Part shown: piece after piece, positions 52,486 to 63,459 of the stretch
Numbering within the stretch: the stretch's first letter is position 1
How the letters are laid out: every line of letters starts with the position of its first letter
Source: a virus
Taxonomy: Duplodnaviria > Caudoviricetes
IMG/VR virus record: IMGVR_UViG_3300005546_000003
Coordinates: 9,617-73,616 of that record
Strand: one strand, 5' to 3'
Length of the DNA: 64,000 nucleotides
Notes under the pieces: generated by a model
Told to the model about the DNA's origin: nothing
Seen by the model: the letters and a program-made list of their open reading frames with translations, nothing else
The model's database searches: none
Program-made: the position numbers and the translations under genes

Positions 52486-55400
52486 TTAAATCTCCGCAGC
52501 TGTGCCTCCATGCTCTAGAGGTCTATCCACCCCAAACGGATGAAAGACCTGATAGTCTCCCTCGCTGCCCCAGACCTTGGCTCGAACTTCGCTATCGTCT
52601 GCATAGAGCCGGAAATTCGTAGTGCTAGTCAGTCGGAACTGAAAGCTCTTGCCCTTGAGTACAGGAAGCACCAAATAGGTCTTCCTGTGCAGGCCGCCGC
52701 TATTTGGGATTGTCATTGTAGTATCAGTTCCATCTACGCTAATCACGAAGGTGATATCGCTGGTGCTCCGGTGGGTAATGTAGCAATCTTTGAGATGGTA
52801 GAATCCTAGAGGATTCATCACATCCCGGCCAGGCTCAAGGACCATTCCGGGGGTAATGTAATTCTTAACTAGCTCAGCTTCTGGGACCCAGACCCAGTTG
52901 ATTTTCCAGACCCGGATATTACCATTGGGCAAGAGCCGCATTTCATGAACAATCGGCAGCTGACCGCTAGCACTTGGGGTGAGGCTATAAGGCACGACCA
53001 ACCGACCGTTATGGTTCGCCGTGAACGTCTCAAGTGTAGCACCATCTCCTTGAAGTGTCAAGGTGACATTTGAGCCCCCAGTATCTGCTTCGAGCTCGAA
53101 TCCCTGGAGCCATTTAGCTCTTGGGTCTCCGTCATCGCTGTAATCGGGTTGGAGAGCCAGAAACTCCGGCACCAACTCATAAATCCAGTCCACCCCCTCT
53201 AGGTACCAAGGGGTCTCATCAGCACCAACCCCTGGTGTCCAAGGTCCGAGCCTTAGCAGTTTAGCAATAAACGGAGTCGCTAGGGCATAAGCAATCTTCC
53301 GCTGGCCATTATGGTTGACGGTAAATGTTTGAGCTACCACCCCACCATCATACTGGATCTGAATTGATTTATTATTATTATATGTGTCCGCGTCAATTAT
53401 AAATCCAGTAACTCGTTTGTCCCCCGGAATCCCAGCATCAGTCCAATCTGTAAACCTGGCCTCGGTTTGCTCAGACTTGACCAGCCAACTTGGACTCCAC
53501 TCATACAGAGCCATTGTAACTGCGTCAGTCCAGGTTAGTTCGAGCGCAATGGTTCTAGCCAGAACCCCAATGCCGCTATTCACATCTATTATAGCCTGCT
53601 GTCTTCCAGCACCAGAAGCTCCACCAGATAGTGTGAATGTCTGATAGACTGTTGACAGGTTGTTATTTATATATATCTTAACTGTCAGTGTTCCAGCCGG
53701 AGTTGCCCCAAAGCCGCCCCGGTCAGCATCAATAACTATATCTCGAATTAACTTCTGACTCCTCGAATCGCCAAGGTCATAAAATGGCGTCAACACCCTG
53801 TGGCTGCTGGTATCAGCACCAGTACCGTACTTATAAACTGTCCCGTTGCTAAGCCCAAAGAAGGAACCATATTGACCATCGCCCTCCTGCTGGTAATAGC
53901 AAACTATAGTCGGGCTGTAAACCTCCTGGAACCATGCTTCTCGCCTTAGGTCATAAACTAGTGTGTAATAAACTCCACTTGTTTTATAGATAAAATACAG
54001 AAAGTCATTAGATTGACTGAGCCTGAAAAACTTCGGTGCGGTTATATCTAATGCAATCAGGCCTTGGTATTCCAGCCCAACTAGGGTATTCGCTCCAGCA
54101 TCATGCGGGAAGAAATTGTAAAGCCCAGCATCAGTCAGGCTCTTAACTGTACCAGTCCCATCGGTTGCATAAATTCCATCCTTAGAGACAAAGAAAATCT
54201 TTTCGCCAACCGCCACACACCAGCGACCAATGACCCCCTTGCTATTAGCTACCTCTTGAGCTACGAAATCACTAGTGCCATCAAAACTCCGGTTAATAAC
54301 ATACATCCGCTCGGAGGTAAAAACATAAGGCCTACCATCATATATACAGCCAGCAACTAGGGGCTCGGATGGAGAAGTAATCTCAAGCTGATTCGCTGTC
54401 GGGGCACTGTCTGGGTCATTGCCTTTAGTCCAGAACAAGGTTCCAGGCTGTTGAGTCGAACCCAGTGCAAATATGAATATCCCAGTTTCTCCACCCCCAT
54501 AGGGGCCAAAGAGAACTGGTAGTGGCTGGCCTTGTAGCGTTGGGCTGGGAAGAGTGAATGCCACCCCAGACTTGGTGCCGACATTTTCTACTGTTTCCAA
54601 AACTGTGGTGGAAGTCGGGCTGGCATATAGAGTATAAGCCACACCGTCGATGATGATAATAGATCCTGGAGCCCAACTAGTGTTAAAATTATCTCCGCTA
54701 GCTCTAGTTACCTTAGTGCCCGATACATTGCAAGTACCAGCTTTGGGGGTATCCAGAACTGGAAAAGGCTGAAAGTTATCAAACTCCAGTATTGGATTAC
54801 TAAAGAGCTCATCGTCTAGGTAGTTATCAGTAAACGTAGTTGTAGCATTAGCCACGCTACCAACGTAGGTCCAATCCAGCAAGGTCCCGCCGCGACGATA
54901 GATGTCCTTAAAGTCAACCTGGCTGTCCGAGCTGGCGGTCAGACCAGTAAGCACAACCTGCTCCCTGTGGGGCTCAACTCCAGACCTCAAGCCTGGGCTT
55001 GGGTTGCTAACTGCTCCAGTAGTGGAGCTCCGGTATCGCCACCGATAGGTAATGGGGTTCTCTTGTGCATCCGGTCCGTAGCTGCCACCTATCCACCAAG
55101 AGTCCATATCTAGATTGATTGCTGCCGTAACGTTAACTTGGACTCTAATAGCTTTAACATCCCGAAGGGTCTTTGTGGTATCTGAGCCAACCCTAACTAA
55201 ATCCTTGAGCTTGAACTTCAGTTCCGACCACTGGGAGTCACCACTAGCAGTTTGCCCCGGACTCGCGCTACCACCAGTTGGATCACCTGGAAGTCCTGGC
55301 CCAAGGCCGGAGGGCCCAGCGCCACCTTGGCCGAACTTAGAAGTATCGCCGGGCCAGTTAGGATCTCCATAACCAGATTCAATCATGGCTTTGGTTATAA

Positions 55401-56883
55401 GACTACCCTTCCAGTCTAGCTCGAAGCCTGGAGGCTGATAATAAGAAAGCTTAACCTCTTGTAGCAAGTCTCGTTGGTTGTTGCGGAGTTCTTCAATTTC
55501 TCGCTGAAGGGCAATCTGCTCAGCAGCTAGAGTGGTCTGAAGATTAGCTATTGCTCCAGTTAGATCATTTGGTCTAAAGGCGAAGTAGAAATAGTTCTGG
55601 GTGAAATCATTGGTTGAACCATCAACATCAAAGTACAGCCGCCCTTCAGTTAGAGCTGTTAGGTGGTCAACTCTAATAGAGCAATGAATTTCGTCGTCCT
55701 CCGCATAAGGTCTGCCGCTGGCTGAGCTTACAGATAGATCCAGCGCCGAGGTCGCATCTACGTAGCCAATACCAGTCGTGACAGCCGAAGTCATGAATGT
55801 AGCCTTAAGCGCATCCCCGCCCGCTCGGGTGCCGGTAAGATAGGCTCTAAAGCTAGCAGGTCCTTGAATAACATTCGTAGCTGCAAATGTAGCCGCCGTA
55901 CTACACCGGAAGCTAACCAGCCCATCCGGCCCCGCAGTTACATCTAGAACCCTAACATACTCAGTCTGGGTGCTATTATACAATAGCATATTCGGAGCAA
56001 TCCCAATAGGACTCGGGACTCCAAGTTGGATTGTGCAAAGTCCACTGGTGCCAGAATCGTAAGTGATACTTCCAATAGTTGAATCTGCTACTGGGCTAAA
56101 AACTTGCTCGACCACAGCTATCTCAGCTGCTGCTCCGAAGGTAAGCCTAAGCCCCGGCTGAATATCATCAGTCATTGCTGTGGGCTTAACTAAAGCCCAG
56201 CCTGTGGTGCCCGAGTCATACAAGATTGCTGCGATGGTTGTGTTAACTCTATTATCCGCAGTCACACTTGGGGCCCCAGCTGTGCCGCCTTGGGTCCAGC
56301 CCGCAGCGGTATCAAAATCACTAATAACCTTACGAGTCGGAATTCCAAGGGCAGCGGCGGCAGCTGTATTAGGGGGAGCTATGCCAATGGGGTAATCAGT
56401 GCCAGCCACGTTTATCTTACGCATCTTGGAGCTGTCTCCAATATACATCCAAGGCTCTGGACTAGAGCTTGGTCGGGTTGGAACTATTGACAAGGGATTG
56501 CCCGAATAACCAGTGTCGCGCTCTGTTAGGGTCGAAAATGGGTAGTCGCTGGTGTATAGTTTGGTTCCCCCACCAACCACCAGAGCAGCTGCTTGGGAAG
56601 CTCCAGCTACATCATTATTAAGCCGCCGAATGCTGTGGATCGGGGTGTCAACCGCTGGGGAAGTAACAGCCGTCAGCCCTGGCCGCTGCTGAATTGCGCC
56701 GTCTTGTTGGACTCGGACGTTTTTGAGGCTAAGAAAATACCCCTCATCCAGAAGGTCAACTGGTCGAGAGATCTGAATGCCTCTAGTGGTAAATTTTATA
56801 GACTTACGTTGAAATTCAGCCATTAGCAGCCTCCACTCTGGGGCGTTGGACTTCTTCTCGATTCGGTCCATAGACTGAATCAA
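52486..56883 (-). CDS. large tail tubular/stabilisation (nozzle-like) protein
   Basis: 1465 aa beta-rich; NVRV.QDGAIQQRPG N-terminus; follows adaptor gene. Confidence 0.65.
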   Translation of the reverse strand: MIQSMDRIEKKSNAPEWRLLMAEFQRKSIKFTTRGIQISRPVDLLDEGYFLSLKNVRVQQDGAIQQRPGLTAVTSPAVDTPIHSIRRLNNDVAGASQAAALVVGGGTKLYTSDYPFSTLTERDTGYSGNPLSIVPTRPSSSPEPWMYIGDSSKMRKINVAGTDYPIGIAPPNTAAAAALGIPTRKVISDFDTAAGWTQGGTAGAPSVTADNRVNTTIAAILYDSGTTGWALVKPTAMTDDIQPGLRLTFGAAAEIAVVEQVFSPVADSTIGSITYDSGTSGLCTIQLGVPSPIGIAPNMLLYNSTQTEYVRVLDVTAGPDGLVSFRCSTAATFAATNVIQGPASFRAYLTGTRAGGDALKATFMTSAVTTGIGYVDATSALDLSVSSASGRPYAEDDEIHCSIRVDHLTALTEGRLYFDVDGSTNDFTQNYFYFAFRPNDLTGAIANLQTTLAAEQIALQREIEELRNNQRDLLQEVKLSYYQPPGFELDWKGSLITKAMIESGYGDPNWPGDTSKFGQGGAGPSGLGPGLPGDPTGGSASPGQTASGDSQWSELKFKLKDLVRVGSDTTKTLRDVKAIRVQVNVTAAINLDMDSWWIGGSYGPDAQENPITYRWRYRSSTTGAVSNPSPGLRSGVEPHREQVVLTGLTASSDSQVDFKDIYRRGGTLLDWTYVGSVANATTTFTDNYLDDELFSNPILEFDNFQPFPVLDTPKAGTCNVSGTKVTRASGDNFNTSWAPGSIIIIDGVAYTLYASPTSTTVLETVENVGTKSGVAFTLPSPTLQGQPLPVLFGPYGGGETGIFIFALGSTQQPGTLFWTKGNDPDSAPTANQLEITSPSEPLVAGCIYDGRPYVFTSERMYVINRSFDGTSDFVAQEVANSKGVIGRWCVAVGEKIFFVSKDGIYATDGTGTVKSLTDAGLYNFFPHDAGANTLVGLEYQGLIALDITAPKFFRLSQSNDFLYFIYKTSGVYYTLVYDLRREAWFQEVYSPTIVCYYQQEGDGQYGSFFGLSNGTVYKYGTGADTSSHRVLTPFYDLGDSRSQKLIRDIVIDADRGGFGATPAGTLTVKIYINNNLSTVYQTFTLSGGASGAGRQQAIIDVNSGIGVLARTIALELTWTDAVTMALYEWSPSWLVKSEQTEARFTDWTDAGIPGDKRVTGFIIDADTYNNNKSIQIQYDGGVVAQTFTVNHNGQRKIAYALATPFIAKLLRLGPWTPGVGADETPWYLEGVDWIYELVPEFLALQPDYSDDGDPRAKWLQGFELEADTGGSNVTLTLQGDGATLETFTANHNGRLVVPYSLTPSASGQLPIVHEMRLLPNGNIRVWKINWVWVPEAELVKNYITPGMVLEPGRDVMNPLGFYHLKDCYITHRSTSDITFVISVDGTDTTMTIPNSGGLHRKTYLVLPVLKGKSFQFRLTSTTNFRLYADDSEVRAKVWGSEGDYQVFHPFGVDRPLEHGGTAAEI

Positions 56884-58165
56884 ACATTGGCACTGCTGCT
56901 TTTAGGCGACCGTTGTATCTAGTAGCAGCCCGAATGAATCGCTTATAGAGCTCGGTGCTGTCTTTGAATTCCTTGCCTCCCTGCTTGAAAGCGGCTAGAT
57001 GCTGAGCGTAGTCTAGAATGGTATCTAAGTATTCTCGGCCAACCTGTAAATAGTCTCCATCCACACTAGGCACAACTGCGTTGCGCACTACATCTAGCAC
57101 TACGCTGTAGATTCCATCTGGAACCGGATACAGGGCTAGCAGATTAGCTCCGTTGAGAGCTATAACTTCTGGTGCCCCGCTGGTGCTTTGCCAAGTTGGA
57201 TAGGCTGAGTCTAGATCGAATGTGCTACATATAGTAGCATCCGTGCCATTTAGCAAGGCATGAGTAATCCCGCCTTCCATGCCAGCCAATGCCAGCCCTT
57301 CTTGCCAACGCTGCTCGCAATACTGGGCCCTGGACTCATCCCTGGCTGGGCCGTCTTTAGCGAGCAAATCTGCAAGGGCTCCCCATTTGATAACATGAGC
57401 AAAATCATCCATAACTCCCAGCAAGGTGCCTGTGGTTACATCTAGATTAGCTCCAGTCTCAACACTCAGGACATGAATTTTCCCTGTTGAAATCGGACTC
57501 GGGGCGAGCTCAATGTAGGTCTCTGGCAAAGCTGCTATAGTGTAGGTTCCTGGAACTCCCTGGGTAAGGTTCCATCCTAAGCTAAGCTGAGAGAGCTGAT
57601 AGTTATCAACCCGCCACAAGCCGGTGTAGCTAGTCTCGGTGCTTCCGGTAACGTCTATCCAAGCTACTCGGCGGACATCAATGGTGGTATCAGGGAGGCT
57701 AATTTTGGCAACCCCTGGCATTACATTGAACTTGGTGGCACTGATGATCTGGCCTGTTTCTAGCAAGAACTGGTTCCTTCGCCTCTGCACTGCTTGCACA
57801 AGGTCAGCCATACTGAACATCTCGGTGCCTGACCAGCTGGTAGAGCTGCTCCAGTTATTAGCAGGTTCTAGGAGGTGATACTGGAGTTCATTCACAATAT
57901 CCCGATCTCGTAGGGTGCTCGCTAGAATCTTCTCCCCGCTGCCATTATCCAGCTCTGTTCTGATATCATAAAGACTAGTTCCAGAGCTAGTGCTGAATAG
58001 ACCTTTATCCCGAAAGCTCATACTCAAAGCTCCCCAGGTGCGCAAGGCGTCTTTGATGTATAGATTTAGTTCAGCTGAAGTCCAGAAGGTCTGATTAGTG
58101 TCCCCAAGTCTAAGAGCAAGTTGGGTTCTTGCAGCCGCTAAAGTTGTGTGGCTGAAGGATGCCAA
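56816..58165 (-). CDS. head-tail adaptor / tubular protein
   Basis: RTQLALRLGD...FWTSAELNLYI duplicated helix motif; YHLLEP. Confidence 0.65.
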   Translation of the reverse strand: MASFSHTTLAAARTQLALRLGDTNQTFWTSAELNLYIKDALRTWGALSMSFRDKGLFSTSSGTSLYDIRTELDNGSGEKILASTLRDRDIVNELQYHLLEPANNWSSSTSWSGTEMFSMADLVQAVQRRRNQFLLETGQIISATKFNVMPGVAKISLPDTTIDVRRVAWIDVTGSTETSYTGLWRVDNYQLSQLSLGWNLTQGVPGTYTIAALPETYIELAPSPISTGKIHVLSVETGANLDVTTGTLLGVMDDFAHVIKWGALADLLAKDGPARDESRAQYCEQRWQEGLALAGMEGGITHALLNGTDATICSTFDLDSAYPTWQSTSGAPEVIALNGANLLALYPVPDGIYSVVLDVVRNAVVPSVDGDYLQVGREYLDTILDYAQHLAAFKQGGKEFKDSTELYKRFIRAATRYNGRLKAAVPMFDSVYGPNREEVQRPRVEAANG

Positions 58166-58167
58166 GT

Positions 58168-58482
58168 TTACCTTTCATCTAGCGTTACATGAAGCTTCTG
58201 GCTAGCTGTGGTGATGCTCCAAGCAAAGATTCCCAAGGTGCTCTCGCTATTGAACGCACAGCCAGAGTCTAGACTAAAAACATCATTGGCTTCCAGACGT
58301 TGGCCGTAAACTGTGGCACTTATATTGGCCCCGCCAATTAGCACTGGATTAGCATTTGCATTATCTGCTACTATGCTAATGCCGCCAAAGTAAGCACCTT
58401 CGTTTGGAGCTATAGCTTTAATTAGAGTGTTGATGTTATAAGCCTGCCCTGCGGTTGTTAAGGTTAGTGTGTATGATCTCAT
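58168..58482 (-). CDS. small virion beta-protein
   Basis: IVADNAN...VLIGG...GQRLEA. Confidence 0.55.
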   Translation of the reverse strand: MRSYTLTLTTAGQAYNINTLIKAIAPNEGAYFGGISIVADNANANPVLIGGANISATVYGQRLEANDVFSLDSGCAFNSESTLGIFAWSITTASQKLHVTLDER

Positions 58483-58494
58483 TTAATGTGTCCT

Positions 58495-59580
58495 TTATGG
58501 CCCTCCTACGACTACGTAATTGTAAACATACGTCGTACTGCCCCCAAGGGCTATTGTGCCTGTGTTCACCGTGAATGTCGTGGTCGTGCTGCCGACAAAA
58601 GGAAGGAAGCCGAGAGTAGCCGCAGCCGCGTTTGCAGGCCAGATAACAACGTAAGGCGCGGTTCCGTAGGCAGCAGCAAAAGTCACTGTGACTGCAACAG
58701 CTGAAACAGACGGCAGTGTGCCGGTAATGATTGTGATTTGCCCCGCTGCGTCTGTGCCTGCAACGGTTGGGGTGCCGGGAGTTGTGCCAGCACCTGCCCC
58801 GTTAGCGATGGAAGGGGTAGAGCCGGAGCCGACAAAATGGGGGGCTATCAAAGAAGTCCCAAAGTAACCTGTACGGGGTCTAACCTGTCCGCTTCTCCCG
58901 ATGTCATTGTTGTTATCTGCGTTAAACGTTATTCCCCCGCTGCCTCCACCCGCGCCGTAGCCGATTTGCACTAAACCACCGACATCCAGCGGGGTGTTCG
59001 CTACGCCACTAAAACCTGGATTGATAAACCCAAACCCATCACCCGTTGAATCGTAACCAATTATTACCCTCTTGTTGACGTTTCCAGAGTCTTGCAGCCG
59101 AAGCTGTCCTAGGGGGGTGGACTGTAGAGCCGGAGATGTAAGCACCACATCCCCACCGTCGTTTATGACTGCTGAGCTTGACTGCGCCGTCGCCCCTCCC
59201 GTTCCATCTGCTCTCAGGATTGCATTATCAGTTGAGCCAGTTGAGCCGCCAATACCGCTGGAGCTGCCATTACTGGCAGCTGTAATTCTACCCTTTTGAT
59301 CTACAGTAAGATTGGTGCTAGTATAACTCCCCGGCGTCACTGCCGTATCATTTATAGACACAACTGGAGTAGTAGTACCTGTAGCAACAGCTATCGGACT
59401 CGTCCCAGTAACCTCAGTTACGGTTCCAGCACCCCCAGCCCCCAGAGCTGTACTAGCACCATTTATCCTAGCCTTCAGCTCATTAGTAGCAGTATTGTAC
59501 CAAATGTCTCCATTGCTTGGAGAGCTTGGGTCAGCTGCGAGTTTTCGTATTCGGCCTAGGGCCCATCTAATTATGTTCAT
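58495..59580 (-). CDS. tail fibre protein
   Basis: PSSPSNGDIWYNT, VTPGSYTSTNLTVDQKGRITAAS; G/S/T-rich. Confidence 0.8.
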   Translation of the reverse strand: MNIIRWALGRIRKLAADPSSPSNGDIWYNTATNELKARINGASTALGAGGAGTVTEVTGTSPIAVATGTTTPVVSINDTAVTPGSYTSTNLTVDQKGRITAASNGSSSGIGGSTGSTDNAILRADGTGGATAQSSSAVINDGGDVVLTSPALQSTPLGQLRLQDSGNVNKRVIIGYDSTGDGFGFINPGFSGVANTPLDVGGLVQIGYGAGGGSGGITFNADNNNDIGRSGQVRPRTGYFGTSLIAPHFVGSGSTPSIANGAGAGTTPGTPTVAGTDAAGQITIITGTLPSVSAVAVTVTFAAAYGTAPYVVIWPANAAAATLGFLPFVGSTTTTFTVNTGTIALGGSTTYVYNYVVVGGP

Positions 59581-59584
59581 TATC

Positions 59585-61993
59585 TTAGTAACTCGGTATC
59601 CATTTTGCTGAGCTAGATGAGTACGAGAAAGTCATAGCTCTATCTACAGTTGCCGTGCCGCCTGCTGCTGGAACCACTATATTACCCGTAGCATCATAAG
59701 TAAAAGCTGCATCTGGAATCAATGTAACCGTTCCACCAGTAAATCCAGCAGGCACAGTGATGTTTTTAATAAGCCCCGCGCCACAGTGATGAATTTCATT
59801 TGTTGGCGCAACTGCATTACTGGAGATTGAAAGCACTGCACCCTCACCCCGCCACAGGACTTTAGTTACTACTCCATTTCCAACCAAGCTATAAACGTCT
59901 CCATCAGTGCCGCTGATAGCTTCTATTCTTGCCGCCTGGTTAGAAGAAATTGTAACTGCCCTACCGGCTTGGGGAATAATCCAAACATCAGCACCCGTAG
60001 GCTTTGCTGCAACGATCTTACCAAGCCCGGCAAATCTGCCATCATCTATAGCAAGGGCAAGATTTGTAGCTGTTACCGCGAGTTGGGCTGGCGTATCATC
60101 AGAGCCGAGGATGAAATCCACTCCAGAGGTATAAGTGGTAGTCAAAGGACTAGCAGCTTGAATTGGACTGGTTGTTATTGTTACTGCAACTGCTCCAAGA
60201 AGGTTCGATACCACCCGAAACAATCTCCGCCCATTTCCGGGCAGTAGATACAAATGCCCACCAGTAGATGAGCCGTATCCATTGTTTGGGGCTCCTGCCC
60301 AGCCGCTTTCGGCTTGGAGCGACAAGAAATTGGGCTGCTGGCCTGTATCAATAATAGCCGTTCCCAAAGAAAGGGACGCACCTTGGATTGGAGCGCTAGA
60401 GTTAATATATGAATTTCCCAGCACCCGCCCATTGACAAAGTTATCAAGTCCTACATTTGAATTAAATGGGAACTGCACACTACCAGTTTTACCAACGTCA
60501 AACCACCAATTATTGCCTTTCAGGATAATAGGCACTTCAGATGTCAAGCTAGCATCAATCCAGACATTTCCCGTAAAGGTGGTGTAGCGTTGGATAGAAA
60601 CTCCAGAAGGCATTCTAGGATTATTGCCGTTAGCTGTACCATTTATTATTGTTGCTCCGATGCCTCCCACAATTAAGTTATGATCATAGCGATTCCCCGC
60701 CATATCCATGTTCCCATTAGCTTGATACTGATGGAACGCAAACCCAGAAAGGCCGCGAAATTCATTGTAGCCTACATAATTATCCCCACCACTCATGTAG
60801 ATCCCATGTTGAGTGCCACCGTTACCGATGTTGATAATCCTGCATCCTATAAGGGAGTTTCCATTACTGGTGAAATCAACTGCTGTGGCATATCTAGAAT
60901 CATGAAAGTAGCAATCAATAACCTTAACCCGAGAGAATCCCTCATCATACCCCGTAACAGAATCGCTGGCTCCATGATTCTGGGCAAATGTGGCTGTAAA
61001 TGTGGTAGTAGTGGTTGAAGTAACAATAATGTCTTCGGTTGTCCCGCCTATGCGCAGGGCCGCCCCAGAATTTATACCAACCATCGACGCCGGGGTAACA
61101 GTTCTTTCTCCTGCTGTGATAACTGTTCCCAGAGTTGTGCTAACAATTACCTGAAGTCCACCATCTCCAACACCAACACTTTCAGCTCCAGCTGTGGTGT
61201 TGTTATCATTAAAGTTGGTTACTTCAATCCTCTCGATTCGGTTGTCGGTATTTGGCCCTCCACCACCAGCGATGGCAATTAGCCCAGAACTGTTGAAGAC
61301 ATTATTAGTAAGGTCTGGACCAACTATGGTCAAATCATGAACCCAACAATTACTCCCCAGGCCCCCAACAATGCGATTTCCACTAGCTCCCTTTACAATA
61401 GTAGTTGGCATGACTATAACTGTCTTGCCAATGCCATCTCCGAAGAGTTCTACATTATCGCTGGTTAGGAGGTCTATTAAGTTTGTATGTGCTGTAAAGT
61501 CAGCCTGGACGAACCTATAAGTCCCAGCGGGCATATAAACTCGCTTAGTCCCAGCAGCCACCGCAGCAGTTATAGCAGCAGCAATTCCAGTATAAGGACT
61601 AGTAGCTCCAGTTTTGTCTGCATTATATGGACTGGCTGTTACATCCGTAACGCTAGCTGAGCCTCCACCTCCGCTACCGGCTGGGTCGCTAACTACAATA
61701 TCACTAATAGTAAACGGGGTATCAATCCCCGCTCCACTAAATTTAATATCATAATGTGCCCCACTAGCAACATAAAAGTACCACTCCGCGTTAGCAGAAG
61801 CGGTAAAGGGGTTAGCTTTGGGGGTTGAGCTGCTATCTGAATAGATAGAGCTCAGCGAAGTCGTCCCGGCGGCATAAACAGTCACAGTACACAGTGGAAA
61901 TGAATCCAATGAATAGCTGGAGCTGTTAACGCCCGAGGTTACAACAAACTGCCCACCCTGCTCGGCTAGGCCTTGAACTTTAATTAAGGCCAA
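59585..61993 (-). CDS. tailspike with predicted right-handed beta-helix (depolymerase-like)
   Basis: NPFTA..WYFY head domain; PYNAD.TG...AIT...RVYMPAGTY; N/G-rich repeats. Confidence 0.8.
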   Translation of the reverse strand: MALIKVQGLAEQGGQFVVTSGVNSSSYSLDSFPLCTVTVYAAGTTSLSSIYSDSSSTPKANPFTASANAEWYFYVASGAHYDIKFSGAGIDTPFTISDIVVSDPAGSGGGGSASVTDVTASPYNADKTGATSPYTGIAAAITAAVAAGTKRVYMPAGTYRFVQADFTAHTNLIDLLTSDNVELFGDGIGKTVIVMPTTIVKGASGNRIVGGLGSNCWVHDLTIVGPDLTNNVFNSSGLIAIAGGGGPNTDNRIERIEVTNFNDNNTTAGAESVGVGDGGLQVIVSTTLGTVITAGERTVTPASMVGINSGAALRIGGTTEDIIVTSTTTTTFTATFAQNHGASDSVTGYDEGFSRVKVIDCYFHDSRYATAVDFTSNGNSLIGCRIINIGNGGTQHGIYMSGGDNYVGYNEFRGLSGFAFHQYQANGNMDMAGNRYDHNLIVGGIGATIINGTANGNNPRMPSGVSIQRYTTFTGNVWIDASLTSEVPIILKGNNWWFDVGKTGSVQFPFNSNVGLDNFVNGRVLGNSYINSSAPIQGASLSLGTAIIDTGQQPNFLSLQAESGWAGAPNNGYGSSTGGHLYLLPGNGRRLFRVVSNLLGAVAVTITTSPIQAASPLTTTYTSGVDFILGSDDTPAQLAVTATNLALAIDDGRFAGLGKIVAAKPTGADVWIIPQAGRAVTISSNQAARIEAISGTDGDVYSLVGNGVVTKVLWRGEGAVLSISSNAVAPTNEIHHCGAGLIKNITVPAGFTGGTVTLIPDAAFTYDATGNIVVPAAGGTATVDRAMTFSYSSSSAKWIPSY

Positions 61994-61996
61994 TGG

Positions 61997-62269
61997 TTAG
62001 TCTCCACCAAGTTGGAAAATGTCGTCAAGTGTGCTATCGAGCGACCCAGGATTCGCTGGGGTACTGTCATAGAACACGCTTGATATCTTATCCGAGCTCT
62101 CCGGTTTGGAAACCGATGGAACACGATTGCGTCCGCGCTCGCCGCCACCGGAATTTTCATTCGGCTTGCCCCAAACGTCTCTCTGGGTTCCATCCAAGGG
62201 CTTCTCTGGAGCACTTGAGCTGCCTCCGGGTCCTTTAATTTCAAATGTCATCGTACTGTCGAGTGCCAT
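61997..62269 (-). CDS. hypothetical protein
   Basis: 90 aa, SD AAGGA. Confidence 0.55.
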   Translation of the reverse strand: MALDSTMTFEIKGPGGSSSAPEKPLDGTQRDVWGKPNENSGGGERGRNRVPSVSKPESSDKISSVFYDSTPANPGSLDSTLDDIFQLGGD

Positions 62270-62284
62270 CGTTTTGTTTTTCCT

Positions 62285-62521
62285 TTACATATTCTGGCCT
62301 TTAGCCAGTTTGGTTATTGGTTGTCCCTTTTTATCTAGGGGGACAACGAAGTAGCGAAATTTCATCCCCTGCATAGCTGGGGGTGAGTGGTCAAATATCT
62401 TTGCTATCCCGTGCTTGAGTTCCATGCGGGCGATGACTTCTTCCAAAGTAAGGCCTGCGGTGAGATAGTCTTTGAGTTCCTGGAGGGTTGCAATTCGGTC
62501 CACAAGGTCCTTTACATCCAA
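62285..62521 (-). CDS. hypothetical protein
   Basis: 78 aa, overlaps upstream stop. Confidence 0.55.
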   Translation of the reverse strand: MDVKDLVDRIATLQELKDYLTAGLTLEEVIARMELKHGIAKIFDHSPPAMQGMKFRYFVVPLDKKGQPITKLAKGQNM

Positions 62522-63459
62522 TCAACTACGTGATTCTGAGCGTAGTTAGCATCAACTGGAGTCATGAACCCGCTTCGGCTTTCTGCAAAATGCATGGTCT
62601 GCATATAAGCGTCTTCGTCTTCACGGGCCGTTTTGACGTAAAGCTCATTGAACCTGCGATCTGCTTCAGCTGCTAAGTAGCGCCAATCACTTCCTGCCAG
62701 CTTTGGGTCTCCACCTTTTGCGCTTTCAGCCCACTGATAAGCATGATACTTAGCTCGCTCAAGCACCAGCTGCTCCGGTATAACTGGAGGAAACTCAGAA
62801 CTTGCTACCATGTCGCTTCCCCGGCCCTGATATAAAACCTGGTAGCTCCTCGCCACACTTGGAGTCGGCCAGAGCTCAAACATTGGTATGTTATCGGTAT
62901 CAGTCTTGTAACTCACCACATAAAGAGGATCTCCCTCAGTGTTGCGCTGGGGGTCGATTCGATTTATTTCCTCCTGCGTGTAGTGGAGCCGGATATGATA
63001 ATTAGTAACTAAATCTCGAACCGAAATGAATCGGGTAAAATCATCACTTGGGGGTCTAAAGTAAACACTCAGAACCTGATAGCTCGACCCGCTAACTGTA
63101 GCTTCCTGATAAGGCTCCTCTAGCACCAGAGTAGCTCCATCCCAGGTGCTGATATTGTAAATCCTCTCACCAGCGCTGAGCCTAAACTGTCTGCGCCCCA
63201 GTGGGGGATTAGTCCCAGCTGCATTGAGCGCTGCTATAGCAGTAGCATCTGGCGTGATCGTGGTGCTAAACTGTGTTGCGCTAACCGTCCCCGCTGTAAT
63301 CTTAGCCGGTACAATCAAAAACCCTTCCTTTAACAAAAAGCTCCAGCTTTTGCGCTGCCGGAGCTCCCGCCAAGCTCGATTAACAAATCTCTGAGCTAGA
63401 AAGGGGGAGAGTGAAGGAACATGAGCTAATAGCTCATTCCAGGTGTCCTGAAAAGCCAT
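62512..63459 (-). CDS. head-tail adaptor / tubular protein
   Basis: LAQRFVNRAWREL...WSFL; ELWPTP. Confidence 0.65.
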   Translation of the reverse strand: MAFQDTWNELLAHVPSLSPFLAQRFVNRAWRELRQRKSWSFLLKEGFLIVPAKITAGTVSATQFSTTITPDATAIAALNAAGTNPPLGRRQFRLSAGERIYNISTWDGATLVLEEPYQEATVSGSSYQVLSVYFRPPSDDFTRFISVRDLVTNYHIRLHYTQEEINRIDPQRNTEGDPLYVVSYKTDTDNIPMFELWPTPSVARSYQVLYQGRGSDMVASSEFPPVIPEQLVLERAKYHAYQWAESAKGGDPKLAGSDWRYLAAEADRRFNELYVKTAREDEDAYMQTMHFAESRSGFMTPVDANYAQNHVVDWM

